Shown: positions 9,567 to 18,158, counted from the stretch's first letter. The stretch: DNA of 64,000 nt from an uncultured bacterium (GCA_964482725.1 CAYZYT010000010.1:15794-79793); one strand, 5' to 3'. Notes: generated by a model not told the origin, from the letters alone. Made by a program: numbers and translations.

Positions 9567-10667
9567 TTGAGAATTATCGCGATTGCCAACCAAAAGGGCG
9601 GATGCGGGAAGACCACGACCAGTATCAATTTCTCGGCCTGTCTGAATTTTCTTCAGAAGAAAGTTCTCTTGATCGATCTGGACCCGCAAGGGCATTCCAC
9701 GATCGGGCTGGGGATCAAGACCCAGAAGGGGATTTTGACCCTCTATGACCTTTTAAGCCCACTTCAACGTATCGCTCCTCCTTTTTCCCAAGTCGTTCGG
9801 AACCTGAAGCCCGATTTTGATCTCCTTCCCTGCAATGCCAGCCTGAATGCGCTTGAAGAAGAATTTGGGTTTATGCCCAATTACCATCTCAAGCTTCGTG
9901 ATCTTTTAACCCGGATCGAGGAAGATCAATGTCGTTATGACTTTGTGGTCCTGGATTGTCCCCCCAATCTTGGGATCCTTACCTGGAATGCTCTCAACGC
10001 GGCGGATGAGGTCGTGGTCCCGGTCGAGCCGTCTTTTTTTTCACTGCACGGGCTGGCGAAGATCTCTGAGACCCTCCAGGTTGTGAACCGGAGTCGTGAA
10101 ACGCCTTTGGCCGTTCATGCGCTTTTGACGCTCTTCAACTCCCAGGTGAATTTTTCTCACGAGATCTATGATGAAGTGAAAGCTCATTTCCGTGACCGGC
10201 TTTTTACGACGATCATTCATGAACATGTGAGTTTGAAAGAGTCGGCGGCCGCGGGGCAGAGCATTGTCCAATATGCCCCCCAATCCTCAGCTTTTCAGGA
10301 TTATTTGAATCTCGCGGTGGAATATCTAGAGCGGGATTGGAACCGGAAGCTTCCTGAAAAAGAACTCGGATGGGAGCAGGTCTACAAAAATCATTTCGGG
10401 CCGCGTCAGATCTCGGATGGGATCCTTTTCCAGTTCTCGAGCAAAACGGCGTCCTCGGTTGAAATCGCCGGGGATTTTAATCACTGGGTCCCGGAGCCAC
10501 TCGTGCGCCGTGATCAGGAGGGTCTTTGGCAGAAAGTCGTTTCGGTGGAGCTCAAGACGTTCCGGTACAAGTTCATTGTGGACGGCGAGTGGCAAGTGGA
10601 TCCTAGCCAGCCGACGCAGAAAGAAAACGCCTATGGCGGGGTCGATTCTTACATGGAGTTTGCTTGA
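9567..10667 (+). CDS. ParA/Soj family ATPase fused to a C-terminal CBM48/AMPK-beta-type glycogen-binding domain
   Basis: NQKGGCGKTT deviant Walker A, DLDPQG, DCPPNLG; C-terminal VEIAGDFNHW...W...YKFIVDGEW.VDP...N.YGG.DS. Confidence 0.88.
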   Translation: MRIIAIANQKGGCGKTTTSINFSACLNFLQKKVLLIDLDPQGHSTIGLGIKTQKGILTLYDLLSPLQRIAPPFSQVVRNLKPDFDLLPCNASLNALEEEFGFMPNYHLKLRDLLTRIEEDQCRYDFVVLDCPPNLGILTWNALNAADEVVVPVEPSFFSLHGLAKISETLQVVNRSRETPLAVHALLTLFNSQVNFSHEIYDEVKAHFRDRLFTTIIHEHVSLKESAAAGQSIVQYAPQSSAFQDYLNLAVEYLERDWNRKLPEKELGWEQVYKNHFGPRQISDGILFQFSSKTASSVEIAGDFNHWVPEPLVRRDQEGLWQKVVSVELKTFRYKFIVDGEWQVDPSQPTQKENAYGGVDSYMEFA

Positions 10668-11479
10668 TGACGGAAGATCCTAAGAAACTCGTTCGTGGGT
10701 TGAAAGATGTCTCGCCGCTTTTCAGCGCAGCTTTCGAAGAGGTTTCTGTCCGTCGTTCTCCCGAGATTCAGGTGTTGGGAGTTTCGAGTCCCGACTGTGA
10801 AGGCGATTCGCTTCTCTTGAATACGTTCTTTGCTTCACAGCTCACATCGCCGGATAAAGAATGTTCTCTTCTCAGCATCCTGTCGCGTTGCGCCAAGGTC
10901 CCTTCCGCAATTGAGGAGGACATGCCAGAATTGTTTGGACGTCATCTTGAACGGTATTGTCTTTATTGGGATGAGCTTCGGGATCTTATCAACGGGCCTT
11001 CATCGCCTCGATCCGAGGGAATATTACAAAGCCGGGATATCTTTCTGGATTTTGAGTATCACCATCTTCTTCATTTTGAAAAGGTTGTTTCTTTGCTGGA
11101 TAAATGGGTCTTGCTTCTAAAACCGACGGCGGAGTCCCTGACGGAAGGTTACAAAATGATGAAAGTGGGGCTTGCGCTCAATTCGGAAATGGAGTTCTAC
11201 ATCGCGCTGTCTGGCAAGGCGGAAGGTTCTCAGGGGGAGATGATCTTCGAGAGGTTCTCAGATTTTTCGGCCAGGCATCTTGATGTCAATCTAGGGTGGT
11301 TAGGGTGGATGGATCTCGCGGACCCCACGCGGCATTTTTCCGCGGCCCTTCACACGGAGCCTTTGAAATATCAATCTTGGAATGTAAAGCCCCGTCTTCA
11401 GAAGTTCATGTTGGCCGGATGGATCGAATCTTTGAAGAGAAGAACGCGGGCCAGCACCTTTGCGGAGGTATCTCGATGA
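10667..11479 (+). CDS. Degenerate MinD/FlhG-like protein lacking Walker A
   Basis: TGATG coupling to the ParA gene. The C-terminal half aligns by eye with FlhG/FleN (P..ESLT.GY..MK, GE.IFERF...S.RHL.V.L..LG). The Walker A position reads SSPDCEGDS. Confidence 0.65.
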   Translation: MTEDPKKLVRGLKDVSPLFSAAFEEVSVRRSPEIQVLGVSSPDCEGDSLLLNTFFASQLTSPDKECSLLSILSRCAKVPSAIEEDMPELFGRHLERYCLYWDELRDLINGPSSPRSEGILQSRDIFLDFEYHHLLHFEKVVSLLDKWVLLLKPTAESLTEGYKMMKVGLALNSEMEFYIALSGKAEGSQGEMIFERFSDFSARHLDVNLGWLGWMDLADPTRHFSAALHTEPLKYQSWNVKPRLQKFMLAGWIESLKRRTRASTFAEVSR

Positions 11480-12012
11480 TCGCGACCCAGGAGTGCGTGG
11501 CCCGGCAGGAGATCTTTCAATCGATTCGTTCTTCAATTCAGGAACTTCATGCAGATAAAGTGATTCTCGAAGATGTGGACGGCACGCCGTTTCTTTTTAA
11601 AAGCAAGGATGCGCAGATCTGGGCGCGGATCTTTTATCGGTCGATGCGGGATTTTTCCGTGGAAGAATTACAGCAGGAGATCAAGAAACTTTGGGTGTTG
11701 ATGCCCAACGACGCGGTGCTCTACCTCTTCTATCCGGAACTGGATCGTGAACAGATCTTCAGGATGAATGGCTTCAGCGATCGCTTGAGCTTTTTTGAAT
11801 ATGCCGGTTTTTGTGGCGTGGAGAGAGAAAGAATGGGTGTCCGGATCTGCAAATGGATACCGTCATCGGCGCATGTCCTCAGCCCTGACCCAGAGGGGGA
11901 GTCGTCCTCTCACGTTCATATTTCTACAAAAAGTTTCTTGCAGAGCGGGCGCCTGACGCCCCAGGAAATTGCGGGGCTTGCAGAATTATCTCTAGCCTTG
12001 CGGCGGGTCTGA
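11476..12012 (+). CDS. Hypothetical protein (~178 aa)
   Basis: ATGA overlap with the previous stop and GGAGGT SD. No family recognised. Confidence 0.65.
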   Translation: MIATQECVARQEIFQSIRSSIQELHADKVILEDVDGTPFLFKSKDAQIWARIFYRSMRDFSVEELQQEIKKLWVLMPNDAVLYLFYPELDREQIFRMNGFSDRLSFFEYAGFCGVERERMGVRICKWIPSSAHVLSPDPEGESSSHVHISTKSFLQSGRLTPQEIAGLAELSLALRRV

Positions 12013-12048
12013 AGCGGTCCGCTTGGACAATCTTCCTGTATTTCGTCC

Positions 12049-12077
12049 TTGATGGTGCCTGACATCTCTTCTATAAT
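12049..12077 (+). promoter_or_regulatory. Sigma70-type promoter
   Basis: TTGATG-17 bp-TATAAT, ending 11 nt before ATG 12089. Confidence 0.6.
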
Positions 12078-12088
12078 CCTCGCTACCT

Positions 12089-12805
12089 ATGGCAAGCCCT
12101 ATTACTCAGAATCTTGATGTCCTAAAAAAAGCCCAGCACTTGGATAGTGAGATCCATCACTCCCATATTCTCCTGGAAGAGATCCCGGCGCAGCGGGCGC
12201 AACTCAAATCCGAACTGGAGCTTGAAAAGATCCGTTTGAATGAGCTGGAGAAATCCCTCAGGGATATTCAATTGAAGCTCAAGGATAAAGAACTGGAGCT
12301 TTCCCAAAAAGAGACCCAGATCAAAAAGCTCGACGGGCAACTCTCCCAGGTGAAAACAAATAAGGAATACGGCGCTCTTCAGCAGGAGATCGCTTCTCTC
12401 AAGGCGGACAATTCACTCCTCGAAGAGGGGATCATCCATATTCTTGATGAGGTGGATGCGGCCAAAGAAGAGACTCGCAAAGAAAAGGAGAAGCTTGCAT
12501 CCATTACAAAATCTTTTCAGGACCGTGATAACGAGATGGCGAGTCAAGAAAAGGCTTTGCAGGGGCGCCTAGCGGATCTGAAGAAGCAGCGCGAGGAATC
12601 CGTTGCTCAGTTGCCTCATGAACTTGGAGAGCTTTACAGCCGGATCGCTCTCAAGAAGCAGGGGCTTGCTCTTGCTGTTGTGAGCGGCGAGGTTTGTGCT
12701 GCTTGTCAAATGAAGTTGCGTCCGCAACTTATCAACGAAATTCGGCTTGGCGAGCAGATCATTGTTTGTGAGAACTGCTCTCGCATCCTCTACTTCGAAA
12801 ATTAG
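12089..12805 (+). CDS. Coiled-coil protein with C4-type zinc ribbon (DUF164/CT398-like)
   Basis: Long coiled coil, VKTNKEY.AL..EI, CAAC...CENCSRILY. Confidence 0.9.
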   Translation: MASPITQNLDVLKKAQHLDSEIHHSHILLEEIPAQRAQLKSELELEKIRLNELEKSLRDIQLKLKDKELELSQKETQIKKLDGQLSQVKTNKEYGALQQEIASLKADNSLLEEGIIHILDEVDAAKEETRKEKEKLASITKSFQDRDNEMASQEKALQGRLADLKKQREESVAQLPHELGELYSRIALKKQGLALAVVSGEVCAACQMKLRPQLINEIRLGEQIIVCENCSRILYFEN

Positions 12806-12964
12806 TCTTCCTTCGTTCTGAAGGCTCGTCCTCACCCCGCTAGGGCCATTCTTCTCGGTCTTTTCTTCCCATAGAAGTGTGCCTCTACGCCCTTCGGCTC
12901 CCTATAGAGAAATGTCTTAGGACTGGGGTTTGCCAGTTCAACGGATTCCCAATAAAAAAGAATG

Positions 12965-12993
12965 TTGACACTATATTAAGGGAAATATATACT
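12965..12993 (+). promoter_or_regulatory. Sigma70-type promoter of the mraZ/dcw cluster
   Basis: TTGACA-17 bp-TATACT. Confidence 0.8.
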
Positions 12994-13005
12994 ACCGCCG
13001 ATAAT

Positions 13006-13032
13006 AAAGTGGGGCAAAGTGGTAGAAAGTGG
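13006..13032 (+). promoter_or_regulatory. MraZ-binding repeats
   Basis: AAAGTGG at 13006, 13016 and 13026 (10-bp period) between the promoter and mraZ, matching the known GTGG-repeat MraZ operator pattern. Confidence 0.8.
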
Positions 13033-13056
13033 GAACCCTGAAAGGAAAGAAAATCC

Positions 13057-13494
13057 ATGTTTTATGGTGAATTCGAACATGTGATCGATACCAAAAGCCG
13101 CGTGATGATCCCCGCCAAGTTCCGCGAGATCTTTAAGGAACGCTATGTGGAGCGTTTTTTCATCACCCGTGGTCTCGATCAATGTTTGTTTGTTTTCACG
13201 GAAGAGCAATGGAAAACGGAAGAAAAGAAGTTCCGCGATATGCCTTTCACCAAAGCTGAATCCAGAACTTTCAACCGGCTTTTCTTTTCGGGCGCCTCGG
13301 AAGTTCTCTGTGATAAGCAGGGAAGGATCCTTATTCCGGATTATCTGAAGACCTATGCCGACATTAAAACGGAGGTCATGATCGTCGGCGTTTCTAGCCG
13401 CATAGAGATCTGGTCAAAAGAAAAATGGCAGGGATTTTTCGATCATCATAAGAACCATTTTGAAGAGCTTGCGGAAAAATTAGCAGCAGAATAG
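13057..13494 (+). CDS. mraZ: Transcriptional regulator MraZ
   Basis: MFYGEFEHVIDTKSRVMIPAKFR, DKQGRILIP, RIEIW. Confidence 0.95.
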   Translation: MFYGEFEHVIDTKSRVMIPAKFREIFKERYVERFFITRGLDQCLFVFTEEQWKTEEKKFRDMPFTKAESRTFNRLFFSGASEVLCDKQGRILIPDYLKTYADIKTEVMIVGVSSRIEIWSKEKWQGFFDHHKNHFEELAEKLAAE

Positions 13495-13507
13495 AAAAGG
13501 AGTCATT

Positions 13508-13846
13508 ATGGTCTATCACGCCAGGACGAAGATCGGAGTGGATGTGTTGCGTTTCAACGGGGATCTTGATGCTCTCAGTATGATCAAGATGAAAGATCGG
13601 ATGAACCGGCTGCTTAACAGGAATCACAAACGTCTTTTGCTGGATCTTAAAGACACGAAACATGTGGAATTAGCCGGTGTCGGTATCCTTGTGGATCGCC
13701 TGCGCAAGGTGCGCGAACAAAATGGGGATATCAAATTGTGCAATTTGCGCCCTGAAGTGGAAAGGACTTTCCAGATGATCGGGGTCAATGGACTGATGGA
13801 AAGTTTTTCAACGGAAGAAGAGGCGATCCTTAGTTTTGCGTCATAA
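13508..13846 (+). CDS. STAS domain protein (anti-sigma-factor-antagonist-like)
   Basis: GDLD...LLLDL....VELAGVGILV...GDIKLCNL.PEV...FQMIG fold pattern; AGGAG SD. Confidence 0.85.
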   Translation: MVYHARTKIGVDVLRFNGDLDALSMIKMKDRMNRLLNRNHKRLLLDLKDTKHVELAGVGILVDRLRKVREQNGDIKLCNLRPEVERTFQMIGVNGLMESFSTEEEAILSFAS

Positions 13847-14744
13847 TCCCGTTCTTTTACAAGAAGTTCTTGAGCATTTAGCCTTAAGATCCGGGGCTGT
13901 TGTGATGGATGGAACCCTCGGGAGCGGGGGACACTCGGAGGCGATCCTTCGAGAAATCGGCTCCACGGGAAGATTGATAGGTTTTGATCAGGACCCTGAA
14001 GCGATCGCCAGATGTCGGGCGTTGTTCCAAGGGGATGCGCGGGTGACGTTGGTTCACGAGAACTTCAGGAATTTAGAGCGAGTTTTTTCAGGATTGGGCG
14101 TGGAGGCATTCGACGCCGTCTTATTAGATATCGGGACTTCGTCAGAACAGTTGGCGGATGGGAAGCGCGGTTTCAGTTTCCAAACGGAAGGGGAATTGGA
14201 TATGCGGATGAACCCGGAAGTCGGTCGTAAAGCTTCAGAGCTAATTGCGCAGATGTCCGAGGTCGAGCTCGCGGACCTTTTCTACCATTATGGAGAAGAG
14301 CGCAATTCGCGGCGTTTTGCCCGTGTGATTGTTGAAAGGCGGCGCGAGAATCCCATCCGGACCATTGAAGATCTCAACCAGACGCTTGAGCAAGCATTGC
14401 CCGCCCACATGCGATTTAAGAAAGGGCACCGACCTTCCTGGGCGCGCCGCCATCCGTCGACCAAAGTATTTCAAGCGCTACGGATCGGAGTGAATGATGA
14501 ACTGGAGGCGCTGAAGGAAGGTATGGGCGCAGCGTTTAGTCATCTGAAAAAAAATGGGCGGCTCGGCATCATCAGTTTTCATTCCATTGAAGACAGGATT
14601 GTGAAGCAGCAGTTCAGGAAATGGGACAGTGAAAAACTCGGAAATTTGATTTTTCGAAAACCTTTGGTTGCAAACCGTTCGGAAATATTGAATAATCCAA
14701 AAGCACGAAGCGCCAAACTGAGAGTGATCGAGAAAATATCATGA
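13836..14744 (+). CDS. rsmH: 16S rRNA m4C1402 methyltransferase
   Basis: HNPVLL, DGTLGSGGHS, RGFSF, LDMRM, FQALRIGVNDEL, SFHSIEDRIVK, NPKARSAKLR. Confidence 0.96.
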   Translation: MRHNPVLLQEVLEHLALRSGAVVMDGTLGSGGHSEAILREIGSTGRLIGFDQDPEAIARCRALFQGDARVTLVHENFRNLERVFSGLGVEAFDAVLLDIGTSSEQLADGKRGFSFQTEGELDMRMNPEVGRKASELIAQMSEVELADLFYHYGEERNSRRFARVIVERRRENPIRTIEDLNQTLEQALPAHMRFKKGHRPSWARRHPSTKVFQALRIGVNDELEALKEGMGAAFSHLKKNGRLGIISFHSIEDRIVKQQFRKWDSEKLGNLIFRKPLVANRSEILNNPKARSAKLRVIEKIS

Positions 14745-15133
14745 AGGGTAGCGGAAAGATATTAGTACTCATTGCTATATTGACCTGCGGGATGCTTTTT
14801 TATGTGCATCTGCAGGTTGCTTCCGTCCTCGTCTCCTTCGAGATCCATAAAAACTCCAATGCCCTTGCCGAGAAACAAGAATTGCTCCGAAGATTCCAGT
14901 TCAAAGTGGACCAGTTGCGGGCTCCTCGGCTTCTTGAAGAAAAAATGAAACGTCACGACATGGGTTTGGCGCTTCCCAACAAGATCCAAGTGGTGGAAGT
15001 CCCTCCCGCCACTGAGCTTGTTATCCCGGTGGCGTCGGAACAAAAGGTCACGCGCACCTTTTCCTCCGAGGTCACGAGTTTTCTTGGCCGATGGATCCAA
15101 ACGGCTCAAGCCAAGACCGATATCTCCTCTTAA
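14741..15133 (+). CDS. ftsL: FtsL-like single-TM coiled-coil protein
   Basis: Lies between rsmH and ftsI; TM helix, coiled coil, L..P.RL-like motif. Confidence 0.6.
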   Translation: MKGSGKILVLIAILTCGMLFYVHLQVASVLVSFEIHKNSNALAEKQELLRRFQFKVDQLRAPRLLEEKMKRHDMGLALPNKIQVVEVPPATELVIPVASEQKVTRTFSSEVTSFLGRWIQTAQAKTDISS

Positions 15134-15136
15134 AAA

Positions 15137-16891
15137 ATGCGTGCGTTGCTTTCGCCGCGTCGATTCTGGTTCCTCTACATCGTTCTCTTCGTTCTTTTTG
15201 GCCTCGTAATTTATCAAATCGTCCAGCTGACCTGGTTTCATCAATCCTCACTTCTTGCGTTGGCGCATCGCCAACATTATTTGACGATCGATGTGCCGGC
15301 GTTGCGTGGCCCCATTACAGACCGTAATGGAAAAGAGTTCGTAACCAATCTCAAGATCCCCTCCATTTATGCGGTACCGCGTGCCCTGAAGGATGAGGAA
15401 CGCGCGGCCCTCAGCCGCGAAATCGCTAAGATCCTGGGGCTTGACCGGACGTGGGTGATGGAACGTTTGAGTCGGGATAAATCGTTTGTGTGGCTCAAAC
15501 GTCGCGTCACGTTTGAAGAAGCGGAGAAGATCCGAAAACTCGAGTGTCCCGAACTTGGCATTCTTGAAGAATATAAACGATTTTATCCCCAAGGGACCAT
15601 GCTCGCACAAGTGCTCGGATTTTCTACTGTGGACAATCAGGGTGTGGAGGGGCTCGAGCGATCCATGGATGCTGATCTTCGCGGGAAGCCCGGAAAACGT
15701 GTGACCCAGCGCGATGCCAAGGGACGGGAGATCAAGGCCTTTGAAATGAAGAGTTTGCCGGTGATCGATGGTAATCGTATTGTATTGACGATTGATCAGC
15801 ATCTTCAGTATCTAACTGAAAAAGCACTCGAACAGGCCTTCAAACAGTGGAAGGCCAAAGGTGCTTGGGCGGTTGTCATGGATCCCAAAACGGGCGAGAT
15901 CCTGGCGATGGCGAATCAGCCCGGGTTTGATCCCAACCGTTACGCGAATGCCGGGCCGGATGCGAAGCGCAATCGTGCGATTACCGACATGTACGAGCCG
16001 GGGTCTGTATTCAAGATCGTCGCAGCGAGTGGTGCTCTTAATGATGGGACCGTTACGCCGGAGACGGTCATTAATTGTGAAAATGGTAAATGGAATTATG
16101 GTTTCAAGGTGCTACACGACGTTCATCCTTATGGCATGTTACCGATGATGGAAGTGATCGTTAAATCAAGCAATATCGGGACTGTGAAGATTGCGCTCAA
16201 AATGGGGGCCCAGAAATTCCAAAATTATGTAAAAGGTTTCGGATTCGGGGCTAGCACCGGCATTGATCTCGCCGGGGAGGCCCCTGGGTATACGAGGCCG
16301 CCGTCTCAGTGGTCGAAGACCTCTCCCTATAATATTCCCATGGGGCAGGAAGTCATGGTGACGTCGTTGCAAATGGTGATTGCCATGTCTGTGGTTGCCA
16401 ATGGCGGCTATCTGGTAAGACCTTACATCGTTTCTAAGGTCCAGGATTCGGCGGGAGTAACGATCAAAGAAAGGAAACCGTTTATCAAACAGCGCGTGAT
16501 CAAGTCTGAAACGGCTGCGACCATGCGTGAGATTTTGACCCAAGTCGTCGAGAGGGGTACGGGAACCAAGGCGAAGATCCCGGATGTGCTCGCGGGAGGG
16601 AAGACCGGCACAGCCCAGAAGATATTGCCCGGGGGTAAAGGGTATTCTCATGCGGCTTTCATGTCCTCTTTTGTGGGATTTGCGCCTGCCGATAATCCTC
16701 GCTATGCCATGGTCGTCGTGTTGGATGAAGCCAGGCCTCTTTATTACGGAGGAGTTGTGGCGGCTCCCGTTTTCAAAGAAGTCATGGGAGCTGCTCTTTT
16801 GACCCAAAGTGCGCAACCACACCATGAAACTGTTTTGCTGCCCACGCCTGAGCAGGCGGCTGCCGTCGCCGATCTGGCTGTCGCCGATTAA
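15137..16891 (+). CDS. ftsI: Class B penicillin-binding protein (FtsI-like)
   Basis: RG.I.DRNG, R.YP.G, GLE, YEPGSVFK (SxxK), SSN, KTGTAQK. Confidence 0.9.
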   Translation: MRALLSPRRFWFLYIVLFVLFGLVIYQIVQLTWFHQSSLLALAHRQHYLTIDVPALRGPITDRNGKEFVTNLKIPSIYAVPRALKDEERAALSREIAKILGLDRTWVMERLSRDKSFVWLKRRVTFEEAEKIRKLECPELGILEEYKRFYPQGTMLAQVLGFSTVDNQGVEGLERSMDADLRGKPGKRVTQRDAKGREIKAFEMKSLPVIDGNRIVLTIDQHLQYLTEKALEQAFKQWKAKGAWAVVMDPKTGEILAMANQPGFDPNRYANAGPDAKRNRAITDMYEPGSVFKIVAASGALNDGTVTPETVINCENGKWNYGFKVLHDVHPYGMLPMMEVIVKSSNIGTVKIALKMGAQKFQNYVKGFGFGASTGIDLAGEAPGYTRPPSQWSKTSPYNIPMGQEVMVTSLQMVIAMSVVANGGYLVRPYIVSKVQDSAGVTIKERKPFIKQRVIKSETAATMREILTQVVERGTGTKAKIPDVLAGGKTGTAQKILPGGKGYSHAAFMSSFVGFAPADNPRYAMVVVLDEARPLYYGGVVAAPVFKEVMGAALLTQSAQPHHETVLLPTPEQAAAVADLAVAD

Positions 16892-16900
16892 TGCCTTTGA

Positions 16901-16929
16901 TTGAATACTCTTCGTGAGAGTGTTATAAT
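16901..16929 (+). promoter_or_regulatory. Sigma70-type promoter upstream of the tRNA-Pro leader
   Basis: TTGAAT-17 bp-TATAAT. Confidence 0.65.
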
Positions 16930-17129
16930 CCCCGCCGTTTTGTGATTCCGCCTGAAGCGATACATCCCGGAATGGATTGCACCCATTTGTTTGGGAGTTG
17001 TGCCGAGTCGGGTGTGGGGTCTCATAGCCCCAAATAATTTTTGTCGGGGCGCCTTGATTTCTATATCGAAACTTTAAAGAAATCAGGACTGCCGCCGATG
17101 TTTCGATGGATTCTTATAAAGAGGTTACG

Positions 17130-17204
<75 letters not shown>

Positions 17205-17238
17205 CTCTTTTCTCTTATCGCCCGAGGTAGCTCCGCTG

Positions 17239-17442
17239 ATGGAATGCAATATCGACGTCAACAAGCAGCGTTGTAATTGCTCCTACGACCCTTGCCCTCG
17301 CAAAGGGATCTGCTGCGAGTGCATTTCATATCACCGGAGGCTGAACCAATTGCCCGCCTGTTACTTCCCTCAGGACATCGAAAAAACATATGATCGGTCT
17401 GTCGGAAAATTTCTTTCGGTTCATTTGCCCAAAAAGGGATAA
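17239..17442 (+). CDS. Small Cys-rich protein (DUF6485-like)
   Basis: GAGGT SD; CNCSY.PC.RKG.CCEC..YH....QLPAC.F....E.TYDRS pattern. Confidence 0.75.
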   Translation: MECNIDVNKQRCNCSYDPCPRKGICCECISYHRRLNQLPACYFPQDIEKTYDRSVGKFLSVHLPKKG

Positions 17443-17501
17443 TTGTCGCCACGATTTTATTGATCGTCACAAACCAGAATCCTAAAAAAAAGGAGATAAC
17501 G

Positions 17502-18143
17502 ATGAGATCCAGCATTCCGAAGTGGGTCTGTGTTTCTTTGCTCGTTTTGGGGCTTAGTGTGGGCGGAAGCCTTGCTTTTGCGGAAGATGAAAATTCGAAT
17601 CCCGGAGGCTGGAGCAAGGGTGAGAAGAAAGGCTGGGCGGGGAGCGTGCCCCCCGGGCAGGAAAAAAAAGAGAACGAAAAAGGTGTCAAAAAGGTTGAAG
17701 GCGAGATGCGTAAATTTGGAAGGGAAACTAAGGATGAAGTAGGCAAAGGCGCTCGTAAAGTTGAAGACGAGATGCGCCGAGCCGAAAGAAAGGCTCAGCA
17801 GGAAGCTGAAAAGATCGAGAAGAAATCCGGAGATGAACAAGGCCGGGTTGAGAAAGATGCCGAGAGGCAGAAGTTGAAGGCTGAGAGAGAAGCTGAAAAA
17901 CAGAAGTTGAAGGCTGAGAGAGAAGCTGAAAAACAGAAGTTGAAGGCCGAGAGAGAAGCTCAGAAACAGCAACGCGAGGCTGAAAAGGAAGCTAAGAAAA
18001 AACAGCGCGAAGCTGAAAAAGAGACTCAAAAGAAGCAGCGTGATGCTGAAAAAGCCAAGCGGGATGCCGAACGTGAAGCTGAAAAGGCAAGCCGTGAAGC
18101 TGAAAAAAAAAGGGTTCAAGCTGAAAAATCTGCTGTGATGTAA
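17502..18143 (+). CDS. Secreted Lys/Glu/Arg/Ala-rich repeat protein
   Basis: AGGAG SD, signal peptide ending AFA, PPGQEKK, repeated QKLKAEREAEK. Confidence 0.8.
   Translation: MRSSIPKWVCVSLLVLGLSVGGSLAFAEDENSNPGGWSKGEKKGWAGSVPPGQEKKENEKGVKKVEGEMRKFGRETKDEVGKGARKVEDEMRRAERKAQQEAEKIEKKSGDEQGRVEKDAERQKLKAEREAEKQKLKAEREAEKQKLKAEREAQKQQREAEKEAKKKQREAEKETQKKQRDAEKAKRDAEREAEKASREAEKKRVQAEKSAVM
17868..17966 (+). repeat. 33-bp coding tandem repeat x3
   Basis: CAGAAGTTGAAGGCTGAGAGAGAAGCTGAAAAA units start at 17868, 17901 and 17934 (third copy slightly diverged). Confidence 0.9.
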
Positions 18144-18158
18144 TAGGCCAGTCAAGAG

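Noticed and set aside
12806-12960. RNase P RNA, which often lies near zinc-ribbon (DUF164) genes
   Set aside because: The region is too short and lacks the GAGGAAAGTCC and other rnpB conserved segments.
17868-17966. 33-bp repeats as a possible CRISPR array
   Set aside because: The repeats are contiguous with no spacers, are in-frame coding sequence, and no cas genes are present.
17457-18155. 232-aa Phe/Leu/Ser-rich minus-strand ORF that looks like a membrane protein
   Set aside because: It is the antisense shadow of the K/E-rich repeat gene, which has the SD, signal peptide and terminator.
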